Source: Harriotta raleighana
Taxonomy: Eukaryota
NCBI GenBank assembly: GCA_050575255.1
Contig: JBNZDD010013610.1
Location: forward strand, 1,720,366-1,784,365
Direction of reading: 5' to 3'
DNA length: 64,000 bases
Shown one piece after another: positions 24,664 through 36,960 of this stretch; the stretch's first letter is position 1; each line of letters starts with the position of its first letter. The translations under genes were made by a program, and so were the position numbers. The notes beneath the pieces were generated by a model that was given only the letters and a program-made list of their open reading frames with translations, made no database searches and had not been told where the DNA came from.

Positions 24664-24964
24664 TAATGATAATAATAATCCTTGCATTTGATATAGCGCT
24701 TTTCACATCTTATCAACATCCCAAAGCGCTTCACAGAATATACTGCAAAGTGAATTAACTGTATATTTGTGGGCAAAACGCAGCAGCCATTCGCACACAG
24801 CATTGTCCCAACAAATTGAAATGACAAATTTTATTATTGTAGTTTTTTTGGGAGGGATTATTATTAGGCGTGTGGAGTAAGGAAACTTGCCCAAGGTTTC
24901 ACTCTGACCTGCCTGGATTCACACTTGCAAGGCGAGTGCTCTAACCACTGAGCTATAGGACGCC
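24664..24964 (-). mobile_element. Near full-length tRNA-derived Deu/L2-tail SINE
   Basis: Minus-strand head ggcgtcctatagctcagtggttagagcactcgccttgcaag; same body and tail as the other copies. Confidence 0.9.
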
Positions 24965-27900
24965 ACGTTCTCTCCAAACTCAAGCGCACTGCAGCGCTAA
25001 CCTCCGCGAGGGGAGCTGTACAAACACAAGTTGTTGTTGTGAGAGTCTCAGGCTTTTTTTTAAAAAAAAGCTTTGCAGTAGGTTATTGGCTGTGTGCAGA
25101 ACAGGAGATGGTTCTCTGAGGGGCAGTGGAAATTAGAAGACAAACCAGGATGCTGGTAATGCTATTTGTTAATGGGCCTGTAAATAACATGATGGGTTGG
25201 AAGGTAGACAGCTCCACTGGGGGCAGGTGAATATAATCCTAAAGCAACGGCAAGCAAAAGAGATCCACTGCGTAGAGCTCACTGAGGGTATGTAAGGTGC
25301 AAGACTAAATCATCCTCGATGTCATGTGGAAGGTGAGCTCACTCAGCATTTTTGTAGCACAAACTCATATTTTATAATCCCAGTACCCAGGACGTGTTCT
25401 GCCCTTTAATTTTCAGTGTTGGTTACATTACGGCAGGGGATGGAGTGGGAAGTGAGGGAAACATTACTCCACTGCCTCAGCCACTGCATGAACACGTACC
25501 CTCCAGGCTCACTTGAGGTGCCTAGATTTATTTTAGGAGAGAATGCATTCCACCCACTTTCCTCCATCTCGCCGAGCATAACAGGGGGTCCATAATGTGC
25601 CAATCACCACAGCCAGCCATCTTTTTGTTGCTGGTTTAGAATGGGATTTCTTGGAAGGGGAGAGAATAACAAAAGGCATTGCTATTTTTAGTATTCAGCA
25701 GGTGATAGACTCGCAATCAGCCAGGCAATTCAGAACGAATGTCCCATTAGTGCTTCTCATTGTCAAATAGTGCTCCTCCGCTCCCTGTGCTGGAGATCAA
25801 ACTCTCTGCTCCTCTGGATAGCGAAGTGTTAACTCCAGTTGCTTTTCCTTAATGTACTGGTGTGGCCAGTAAAGCGACCTGTGACCTGACTGGTGTGCAG
25901 GCAACTTGTCCAGCCTAATACCCGGGTTTTCAATTGCTAGTTAAATAGCGGCCATTTAAGGCCAAGAAAATTTTATTCCTTTCATTCCCTTGCACGTGGA
26001 TTGTATTTGTGATGTGAAGGTTTTTCTTCTCTCTTTCCCCCCTCCTTGCCTCCTCCTCTCTCCCTGCAATGCTGACCAAACAATGATCACTGTGCCTTTA
26101 AATAAAGCATAAGTTAAAAACAGGGCAGCGGTTTTTAAGCTTGGAAATGTCCATCTTGACCTGATCTGGTGCTTAAAAAGAAGGACTAGTAGGCCTTTGA
26201 GAGTTCAATCGGATGCTTGTTAAAAGACTTTTTAAAAGGAAGGCACGGAGCAGCTTTAAGCGTGGAGTCTGCCCCATCTCTATGAGGGATGTGTTCACAA
26301 GCCAAGGGCTTTAAGGGACTTATGGCAGAACAAGATTGGTCCCTGTGGAGGTGAAGAGAGAGAGAACAAGCACAGTCAGGCATGAAACCTTGAAACGCTT
26401 CAGCCACTGCACCTTTGCATACAGTGCCTGCTAAGATGTTCAAGCACAGTGCTTAAACGCCCAATTCTTTTTATATATATATATATNGCCTGCTAAGATG
26501 TTCAAGCACAGTGCTTAAACGCCCAATTCTTTTTATATATATACATATGTAGAAAACAACCTCAGAAGCCGGCTGGGGTGATGATTAATTAATCACCTCT
26601 CTTTCTGCTGACCTGCTGTCCGTTGATGCAAAATATATGGGATATATGGGGTAGTATTTGAGGTCTTCTAGGGTGAAAAAACAGACACTTATCAGCACAT
26701 CGCTCGGCCTCTCAGTTTCTATTGTTGCTGTGAACACTTGGGAAGGAAAGCAAGCTACCCCTGAAGGTTATAGTTTCAAAGTGATTTGAAACAGAAACCT
26801 GCTTCTGGTAAGCTGCACCAAAAATAATGGATTCTAATTGTGGTATTAACAAGGCAGGAATCCGAGACACAAAATTTGGGTGGTGGTGGGCAAGACGGAC
26901 GTCACCTGGACTGCGTCGCGGTGACCGGTGAGAGACTTTATTCCGACCTGATCTAGTTCCAATTTTGAATTCTATAGGACTCCTTGTTAAGAATCCCCGC
27001 AAATTCTCTCAAACAAAAAGGTGATGATATTACCGCTAATACTTTATAACTGCAAAAGGGAAAATCTTGTGATCTCTTCTGTGAATGTGAAATGGAGCAA
27101 TTTTATTACAGACTGGCAACTGAACTCAGTACGATGATGAGCACAGCTGGTGCGGCAAGTGGAAAGGTCACACAGGGACAGACGTTTCTCTTTTAAGGAT
27201 GTGGTTAAGTTGCATTGTTGGGAGGAGAGCTGCCCTTGACTCTGGGCAGCAAAATAACTGACCTTACTGAGGACAACACAGTGCTCTGGGTGTACATAAC
27301 AACTTGCGTGTCATTTTGCTTGCGTTATGGGGAATGTTTCGTGAACTTTGCTTAAATGTTTCCTGATCAGGGATTCATTTAATGAAGTTAACTGTATGAT
27401 TCATCAGCTTAACTAGGAACCTTTCTCTCTTGCCACACCATTTGCAATCGGCATGAAACGCATTAAAAATAATCGTTGAGTACAATGCAAAAAATAGTCA
27501 GAATCAGGATACCTGGCTCAGAACCATCTTGCAGAAGTGGTTTCAAAAAGCCAAAGTTGAAATCAAGGCTCTTGACTCACATTCAACCCAAGCATTCCTG
27601 GAGCTCTGAAGGGCAAGTTCCCTGACTTTGTTTGAGTCATCTGGAGAAGCGAGACAAATTACTATGTCTGGGCAGGGAAGGTTTTCTTTCTTCACCGCTG
27701 GGACAGGGTCACTTGGAAGATGCGTATTTTGTTTTTAAAATGTTTGCATAGAAAACGGAAAACTTTACACAGATGGATGGGGTGGGGGGGGTAGTGAGTG
27801 TGTGGGAGGGTGGGAGAAGAGAGGGTGATGAATGAATCTGTGCATGAATTGTAAACTCACGACTCCCGATCCAGCTTTCATTCCTGAAACCATGAATTGG

Positions 27901-28699
27901 ATGAGTCAGGAATTTGCATTTTGTTAGACGGTGATTACAAATAATATTGAGAGTGGGACTGTTGAGTCTTAAAGGCAGTGTTTACACTGTGTGCCACTGA
28001 GATGTGAAGCTGTTTGTGTGACTCTGGGTGGCTGCCAGCCTGCAGAACAAGGAAACCTATCATTACGGAAGTGACTAACATTGAAGTCATTTCCCTCCCA
28101 ACTTATGATTAAATAAATAATGACCAGTCTGACTGCTCAGTGAGAAGTGAGAATCACATGCCACCACGTAATTTGTAAAATCAATAGTGCAGATATGTTT
28201 TATTACATTGTTAAAAGTTTAATCCATATTTGAAATTGAAGTTATGTCGATAATGCATTCTGGCTGTTCACAAGGGCAGTTGTGCAAAGACTGTTGTCCT
28301 CAGTTAGGTCAGTTATTTTGATGCCCAGAGTCTGCATCAAGCATGGCTCTGCTCCTAACGATGCATCTTAACCACATCCTTAAAAGAGCAACATCTCTCC
28401 CAGTGTGACCTTTCCACTCGTCACACCAGCTGTACTCTTCGTCGTACTGAGTTGAGTTGCCAGTCTGTAATAAAATGGGGCGATGACTCCTATTTGCTAT
28501 CCAGGCGCCGTTTATGCTTTTCCTTCCCTATAATCCAGCCTGAAGATGAGGCAAAAATCCAAGCCAACCCCTAGCTGGTGGGAGGCTATCTCATGTGACT
28601 CACCCAGAATTTCATCATTTGCCAACTTTAGCACCAGCCTCGCGGGTTGGAATGCACCAGGAAGCACGAATTTACATCACTAGTTTTCTCCCACAAAAT

Positions 28700-28845
28700 A
28701 CAAGTCTCAATTGACTTTACCGTGCATTCTGTGAAGCGCTTTGAGATGTCTCGAAGGTGTGATAAGGGGCTATATCAAATGCAAGGATTATTCTTATTAC
28801 CTTGAAATGGTGCCTTTCACTTCGGGAGGACATCTCAGAGCGCTG
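28700..28845. mobile_element. Plus-strand SINE tail joined tail-to-tail with a minus-strand L2 stem-loop tail
   Basis: gtgaagcgctttgagatgtc...ctatatcaaatgcaaggattattcttatta followed by gtgcctttcacttcgggaggacatctcagagcgctg. Confidence 0.72.
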
Positions 28846-30859
28846 CGCATAGCTGACAGGGCGCCCGACCAGTGGAGGAGGGATATCTGGGTGCAGGGAG
28901 CAGAGCCAGACCACAGCCCCGTAAAGAGCAGAAATGAGACCTGGCAGCGATGTACAGACTATGCACTGGTAGTGTACGCCGGGAGAGTTTCTATCTAATT
29001 GCTTCTATTACGATTCCAGCAGCTCCATCAGTTGTCATATTTAGAAGGTGGGGAATATGTTTGCTAAGGACTTTCTTGACCACTGATTTTGATTCAGGAG
29101 AACGCAGCTGAAGTTTGAAATCAGGTCAGTTTGGTCTTAACACTTTTCCAGTTGTGAAGTACAATTAAGACATCCTTTCTTACCGCTTTTTTTTTCTCTC
29201 TCTTTCTCTCCACTTACAAAAGAATCAAACGGCTTTGCTTTTGCTGGTTTTTGATCAGGATGATCAGCTGTCAGCCTGAATTTACTGAGACATAACAGGG
29301 GGGAAAAAAACATTAGCTGCCAATCACTGCATCGATTTCTGAACAGCACTGTTCACTGAAGCACTCTTAAAAGGAAATGAGGAAATCTTTGTCATACCCT
29401 GAAGTATATTTAAAGGAAGAAATATTTAAAGAGACAATATCCCTTTTCTGGAGCCCTAATAGGTTGTACTTCAACACTGTCACAAGTCAGAGCCTTCCTC
29501 TTTATTTGTTGATCCTTGTCACAATGATTGGGAAATTTCAGATGAATTCTGTCAACGAAGTTCGATTCGATCAGAGGAAATTAACTCTTTATTTGCCCAC
29601 GTAGGAAAAAATATTCCAGTGAGTTAAAAATTAGGCATTATTATTGTATTTTGGGGGGAATAAAAAATATTGGCGTTAGCCTTCTGAATTTCGCAAAGCA
29701 GTGGCTTTCCTGGTTAGTGTGTCCAGCAGGCCTGAGCAAATAAATAATCTTCTGTCATTTTGAATCTGAGAGTTCTTGAACACAATTAGAGTAAAGCCTG
29801 AGTGAAGATGGGTGTTCTCTGGTTTCAGTGAAAGCAAATAGAGGCTGAGGTTGTCTGGGGCCTGGGAATGGGGTTCGGTCACAGGGTGAGCTGAACAGTG
29901 AAGGGTTATTTGGAAGAACAACTTGATCCACATTTCCCATTGAATGTAGTAAACAGGTCTATGAAGGTCCCTCACCTCCACTGAATCAGCCTCATTGTAA
30001 TCTTGCTTTTCACCGGCCTACCTGAACACGTGCATCAGTAACCGCACAAAAAATACAAGGATTTGAAATGCAAAGCTTCCCTTTCCTCTTGACGGTAGAT
30101 AGCAAAGGCTGTTTTTTCAAGCATTTTAAAGCCCCCCACCACCCTCCACCTCCCCCGCCCCCACTCCCCAAAAATTGATCAATAGGATAACAAATTAGAT
30201 TGTGAGATTAAAACAAACATTAAGATTTGAAATGAAATGCAGCTTTGCCTCATGAGAAATGATTGGGCTGTGTGTATAGTCTGGCCTCTTGACCCTTGCA
30301 TATCTAAAACACCCAGGGCCTGTTTTTAGTGAACTAACCGATCTGTTTTGATTAAAACGGCCCAATGTGTCGTCGACTTCCAGCAGTAAAGGGGTTAAAG
30401 GACAGATTTTGGAGCAATTATTTCTCACTGACAAGTCCTTGAGTCAGTGGCACCTCAGTCCTTTCTGTAATTTAATGAAAGGTGCATAGTTAGCACTCTC
30501 TCACACTTGCTGACTCCCACACACCTCTCCCTCTCTCTCGCGCCCCTCCCCCTCCCCCTCTCTGTCTCACATATACCAAAGAGATTGCAGTCATTCTGAC
30601 ATTTGTACCCCGTTTCCGGAGTTGCTGCTTGATCAGTGACTAACGTGTGGGTTTCTGAGATTTCCAGGTTTACATTATATATGTGTACCTGTACTGATGT
30701 ATGTTTGCGCGTGAACACACATATATGGAGGCTGAAAAATAGTAGGGCCTCCCATTCTTCCCTCTGAAGATCTTTGCCATATGTGTGGAAATCAGAAGGC
30801 AAGAGCCAGAGCCCATATAGCCCGGGGATTAGGAGCCTAGTGTGTCTCCTGTCCTCCCC

Positions 30860-31480
30860 TGAGCCGCAGTGCTCACTTTTAATATTAGAACGGGAGGCTT
30901 AACGTTAATGATGAATTGCAAATCGGATGGGCTTTGTCGATGCAATTAGACGTGCTAACGAAGAGCTCATCAAAGGGAAGGGGAGAAAACTTCTCTCCAT
31001 TTTCCATTTGACAGGTAGTGCAGCTGTACCCAGGGGATGTTTACTTTATAAATATGGATCAACACCACCAAGGCAATGGGCACCCTAGCATATGCTGCGG
31101 AGGTCTTTAATGCGCTTACCCACAATATGTATTGACATTGCTGGATCCTGAGCATCAGAATGCCACTGAGAATAGCGTTTGCTTGCTATGATTGTCTTGA
31201 CAGGTATTTCTAAGAATGTCTCCATCCCCACCGTATCCACAGTGTACCTTTGCACCGTTGGCTGCATGTTGTGCTAATAAATATTCACTGTTATTTATGT
31301 AAGTTCGGAAATAATAAGCACCCAGCTTGCAGTGATGCAAACCCATCAATTTATCAGCATCATAAACCAGCCACATTTTACCTACTTAATTGAGATTGTT
31401 CGTCGTAAACCATTTTCTGATTAGTGAAAGACTTTAGCATCGAGGTAAAGACCCATCCGCCTCTCTCTCTCTCTCTCTCC

Positions 31481-31513
<33 letters not shown>

Positions 31514-32460
31514 TTCTCCCCCAGCCGGATCTGTGTAGTTCTGTATGCTGATAGCTTGTGTAGTTAGGATGGTTTGTGTAATTGGGAGAGGCTACTGGTA
31601 TCAAGCAATGAACTGAAGACCTCATTAGTAGAAACATGGCGTAATTTATCAAGTGCACCTAATGATCCCAGAGCACAGGCCAGTTGGAAAGTTTTATTTT
31701 AAGAATGCAATGCTGGCAAAACATCCTGACAGTTTCATGCATTGTCTGACAACACACCAAAATCCCTTGCGTTATTTGCAAAGAAAATGAATCGGGCTTC
31801 TTTTTAAAGAAAGTGTGGAGGGTGGAGGTGGTAAAGAATGAAGCATATGAAAATGGTAATGTTATAGAACTGATAGGACATATTTTTTCAAATTTGACTT
31901 AATGGAAATAAATTTAATTCCCCTGCCTCTTTTTGTCTTACCTGCACACCATTATCTCCCCCATGTATACCCTCCCTCTTCCCCCCCCATCCCTACATCT
32001 AGTAATGAAATGCTCAGTGCTGGGATTAAAGCATTCATCCCTACATTAATTCTGCCAAGTACAGAGGTGCTGTTGTAAGACTGATGAGATCCTGTGGTCC
32101 GGCTGCCTGATAGGCATTGCAGACTGATGACCTGCTCTGCTGTTAATGAGGATGCTCCCTTGGCCTCTTGCCTGTTTAATTGCTGCGCCACACTGTATTT
32201 CAACACAGGCTGCAGATTACATTTTTCATGCACTGTATTAATAAAGAAGTAGGCAATCGCTCACAGGAGAGGTCAGCGGTATGGTCTGCTGATCGTTAAA
32301 AGGTCATAATAAGCAAGGGATTTCAGCCTTGGCTGGAGAAAGGTTAGGGGAGGGCAAAGTGATGTTTACTTACATAAATAAGTCATTTTCCATTTGATAG
32401 AATAGTAGTGGAAGCACAATTTATGGGGTACATGGACCATTTGCCATCAATTCTTTGCAA
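30860..32460. promoter_or_regulatory. Cluster of candidate conserved enhancers
   Basis: ~1.6 kb without a recognisable TE; dense TAAT/ATTA, TGACAG and ATCAAT sites. Conservation not tested. Confidence 0.45.
31461..31520. repeat. (CT)n followed by a ~30-nt poly-C run
   Basis: Seen directly in the sequence. Confidence 0.9.
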
Positions 32461-32664
32461 AGTTTTTAGATATAGTCACTCTCGCTTGTAGAACTCCCTG
32501 AAACGTCCATGCCTTTGATGCAAACAGCATTATTTATTGCTCTAGTACTAATTGAGAAACAATATACTGTATAACGCCTTCATGCCATTGAGCACTCTTT
32601 CTCGGTGGCCTCCCACAGTGACGATATAGAATCTGTTCCACATTCCAATTCAATTTCTTCTTCA

Positions 32665-32790
32665 ATAATCTTTGCATTTGATATAGCAGTTTTCACCTCG
32701 AAAGTACATTGCAAATCGCTTCACAGAATTTACTGCAAACTGTAAAGGCAGCAGCCGGTTTGAGCACAGCAATTGTCCTACAAACTGCCA
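32665..32790 (-). mobile_element. Deu-SINE 3' fragment
   Basis: ataatctttgcatttgatatagc...cgcttcacagaatttactg...gcagcagccggtttgagcacagc. Confidence 0.68.
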
Positions 32791-33761
32791 TGGGGCAAAG
32801 TGTGTTTGGAGAATCTTCTTTACAAAATGTACAGTCACTGTACTTTAGAATAAAATATTGTTAAAATGCTTTCAGAGGTGAAAGGCACAGTATCAAATAT
32901 AAGCATTGTTCTTATTATTTTCATGAGATCTCCACAAATTTATTTTTAATGCCTGAATCCAGCAATATCTGGATTAACACAGATCCCACACCCTGGTTGG
33001 GCAGCCCAAACTGGGTTTGTATTTCTGAAAACAAGTTGGATATTGTTTTCAACAAGATTTGACAGATTTCTCCTATTATCTTCCTTGAATATATTTTTTA
33101 AAGTATCGTGGAATTATGCCCTAAATATGGGTTTGTGTATTAGCGTCTTAGATGTTCAAAGTTACAAATGTGTTATCTTAGTGTTAGAGTTAGATAAGGG
33201 CCAAATGCAGGCAGGAGAGATTGTGGATGACAAAGGGAATGAGAGAATTGATTTGTTCAATAGCATCATTAAGCGCTAGGGTCATTAGGAGTATATTTAC
33301 TTATTTTACAACCTAATAGAGATGTTATATCGGAAACTGATAGCATTCAGAGGTTAGGTCAGAGCCCATTAGTTAAGAATGAGTGTGCTGAGTAATATGG
33401 GCTCTTTCCTCACTTAATGACCCCCAAAAATCAACTAATCCTTTATTGTATTTTTGGGGGGTAAATAACACAGCTGATTATTGAAAAATTCTTGCCGTAA
33501 CTTGCCTTCACTTTGTTATCTCTCTGCATCGAATAGATACCTCAGCTGTTGCTTTCAAGATCAAAAGGTTTTCTTTCAGTGGTTTAACCTAAAGTATCAA
33601 ATAATGCACGTTTCGTATCTCTCTCTTCAACTGATAATGAGGTGAGGTGACATTTCCCAGAATGAGACGGGCGAAACAGGAATTGGGAGTGTTGGGTTTG
33701 CAGTTACCATAAGCATAGCACATGCAGCAGCAGGACAGGCTGTTTTGCTCAATCGTCCATT

Positions 33762-34074
33762 TAATGATAATAATCCTTGCATTTGATATAGGGCTTTTCA
33801 TATCTTCTAGACGTCTCAAAGTGCTTCACAGAATATACTGTAAAGTGAATTGACTGTACATTTGTGTGTGAAACGTGGCAGCCAATTGTGCACAGCAGTG
33901 CCCCACAAACATTCGTAGATTGAAGTGACCAAATTATTATTGTTTGTTTTGTAGTTCATTATTAGGCATGTGGAGTAAGGAAACATTCCCAGGGTTCACC
34001 CTGACCTGCCTGGAATCAAACCCAGATCTCTCACTTGTAAGGCAAGTGCTCTAACCACTGAGCTACAGGACTCC
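33762..34074 (-). mobile_element. Full-length tRNA-derived Deu/L2-tail SINE
   Basis: Minus-strand head GGAGTCCTGTAGCTCAGTGGTTAGAGCAC (A box) ... GGGTTTGATTCC (B-box-like); Deu core; (tta)n tail. Confidence 0.92.
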
Positions 34075-35627
34075 ATGTTTATACGATACATGAGACTCCC
34101 AATCCTTTCTCCTGAACTCTCTTTTCCCTTTTCTTTCTCTCTCGTGTGTGATTTGGGATTGTTTGCTACTCCCTTACAGTTTCACAAGTTTTTTTTTCTT
34201 GCAAAGAAATAGCTGCTCCCCAAACCCTATTACTGTATATTGGCAGGGTACATGCTCATGTCAGTGCTATAGTGGATAACGGGCCGACTTGCTCCTTGCT
34301 GGTCTCTCGAAATTCAGATTTTAAAAANTCCCCAAACCCTATTACTGTATATTGGCAGGGTACATGCTCATGTCAGTGGATAACGGGCCGACTTGCTCCC
34401 TGCTGGTCTCTCGAAATTCAGATTTTAAAACTTTCCTCCACCCACCTTCCAAACATGGGCAAATGAAGAAATTGTAGACATCAAAGGTCTGAATTGCCTC
34501 AGAGCCTTAGCCTTAAGGCCACATAATATTACATTTTAAGACAGTGGTCTTAAGGCTAACATCCTAAGGAATTTCAAGCCTCTGACGCTCTACATTATCC
34601 CTGGAGCTAGTTTGGATGAGTTCCGTATCCATTTGTGAGGAGCCAGTTAAAAACTATTTTCACATGAGATGGATTTCTGGCTAAAATGTGGATTTATATA
34701 ATCAGATAAAAGAATTGGATTTTGCTCCTCATTGTGTAACACAATGAAAAATGTCTTTATTTTAAAGATTTGCTTCACTAAAATAGATTGAGATGGGTTT
34801 ACGGTTCAGTGGAGTGTTTCCTGTATTGACGCAGTTTTGTAGCCCAGAAACCGATTGCAAGTACACAAGTCAATCAGGGACTTGGGTGGTCACGTAAAAC
34901 TGTATTGGGGTGGGGGAGGGCTTTATTTTAAAAGGCGCACACGCTCTGAATAGTTTTTTTTGGAGAGTCGAAAGCCCATGTGTATGATATGAGAAACAGA
35001 GGTGACTGGGAGAGAGCTTGTGTGAGGTGCTGGCGCCTGTTTTTAATCAGTAGAATAGCTGACGTTCAGAAGTGGTATTGTGAAAAGAGCTGGATAATGA
35101 AGTCTGTCGCAGCCCCACTGCTTATTCAGTCTTTTCACTCATGAAATAAAAGTGAGGATCGCACTGCTGGCTACTTGTTACTCTCGACGTGCTTCATCTC
35201 CACCACTTCATTTGAAGTTCAAAAAAAAGCCGCAATAGGGCCTCTGAAACTGTCCGTGGACGAATCCTGCTCGAGCCAGGCAGACTTGCTCAGACTTTTC
35301 ATGATGGATGTGGCGTTCAGCAGATATCCAATCTTTTTGGTGCAATAAAAGCTCAGGAGATTACGGTTCAAGGTGGCAACTTGATCATATCAATTAATAT
35401 ATCACTAATTGTGGTGGAGGACAATGCCTTTGTGGAGTGTTGCCTGGGTGCAATTGTCAGGTGCTTAATGCCTTATGTGGATATTTCCACTTGGCGTCTG
35501 CAGTGCACTTCCCTATTTACAGCAGATTCAATCAGAAATTGATTTGTTCCCAAGTTAGGCCACACAATGTGTAAGGCAACTGATATTTTACACCAAGTTA
35601 AGTTAAAGCTCACTTACGGTGACGACA

Positions 35628-35688
35628 CCAACAACAAAATTACACTTGCCTAGTGCCTTTCACGTCAGGAGGACGTCCCAAGGCACTG
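35628..35688 (-). mobile_element. L2 3' stem-loop tail-only insertion
   Basis: caacaacaaaattacacttgcctagtgcctttcacgtcaggaggacgtcccaaggcactg. Confidence 0.8.
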
Positions 35689-35959
35689 GTGACAGACAGT
35701 TCTCAGATTAAGCGTGGCGTCGGGGTGCAGAAGCCACACAGATTCAGAGTCTCTTTGGAGTTGAAGTAAAAGGAAACATAGGCTCAGTTCATGAGCCTTG
35801 GTCGCTGATGTTCACATGACCTTCGCAAGTGCCTTATCCCACATGAGAGATGTGCTACATATTAACAGGAAAATAGCAAGTTATTGTTTCTAGTAATTCT
35901 GATTATTGATCGTATTCCTTGGTATTGAAGTTGTCTGAATTTTGTGGCATCCAGATTTC

Positions 35960-36122
35960 ACCCTCCCTCCCCCTAAACCCCATCTCCCACCTTCCTCTCC
36001 CCCACAACTCCTCTCATCCCCCTACCCCCTCACCCCCACCTCCTCTCTCCCCCAACTCCTCCCCTTTCTCTCCCCACCTCCTCTGCCCCCTTTTCCCCCT
36101 CATCCCCACCTACTCCCTCCTC
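35960..36122. repeat. C/T-rich polypyrimidine low-complexity tract
   Basis: ~160 nt of C runs with almost no G. Confidence 0.85.
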
Positions 36123-36649
36123 AGCCCTGATGGTGATGTTACTGTATAGACGCCTGATGCCAAACGCACGTGTTGTCCCCCTGATTCAAGTGGGTTGGGC
36201 GGTTGGAGAACTTAACTGTTCTTTCATGATGATGAATGGATCCAGGACTTTCAGTTGAATGAAGTTTGTGGTTTAATTTACACGTTTGAAGAGTGTGGAG
36301 GGTCCTGCAGTCCTCAGCTGGCTTTCTGACATTTTCACTCAGAGAGATTAATTGCTCAAGATGACAAAGTGGAAAGCTGCACAGCCCCAATGACATCTGG
36401 AACTCCAGACTGGGTCAGTTTAGTCGTTCATGCTCAGACACCTCTGGTCTCCAGGTCACCAATGCCCAAACAGTAAGACGTTACGATCGATGTCCCGTTA
36501 TCCAAAGAAATAGTCACACTTATTTTGATTTTCCTTTTTGGGGGTCAGGCTCCAGAATTAAGTTCTTTGTTTGCCAGAATCTTTGCAGTCCCAACAACAC
36601 TCACACACGTTTCAAAGACCTTAATTTTGGTGTGATTGTCTTTCTCTGC

Positions 36650-36960
36650 ACCTCCTATCCTGAAGATGTTTGACTCCCCTTTTCCTTTGACTGGCCTGTA
36701 GATCTGCCGACACAGGTACTGATGCCTATCTCGTGTCGAACATCAGTATTTGTATGTGAGCTTTGATGGTGAGGATCGTCAGACAATTCAACCCTGGGGA
36801 GAACGCTAGCCGAGTCTAATCATGGACCGATCTGGTATCACTAACATGAAGGTCCACCAGGAATTGTCCGATGAGGAATTGGAACCCTTGCTCACTTGTC
36901 TCTCGCTAACCCACAATACCGAGGCCTATGGTAGCGCCACCTTGTGCTGTCATTGTTGAG
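36650..36960 (-). mobile_element. Old unnamed SINE-like repeat, highly diverged
   Basis: Weak colinear similarity to 4170-4325 and 61775-62010 (tcctgaag, tatctcgt, gatggtgag, ggaaccc). Confidence 0.45.

Noticed and set aside
34010-34074. tRNA gene
   Set aside because: The tRNA-like A/B boxes are the head of a SINE that continues into Deu and L2-tail sequence; the same applies at ~7560, ~24950 and ~49870.
34217-34430. Real tandem duplications around single Ns (also 26487, 58869, 62807)
   Set aside because: The pattern is typical of unmerged scaffold overlaps.
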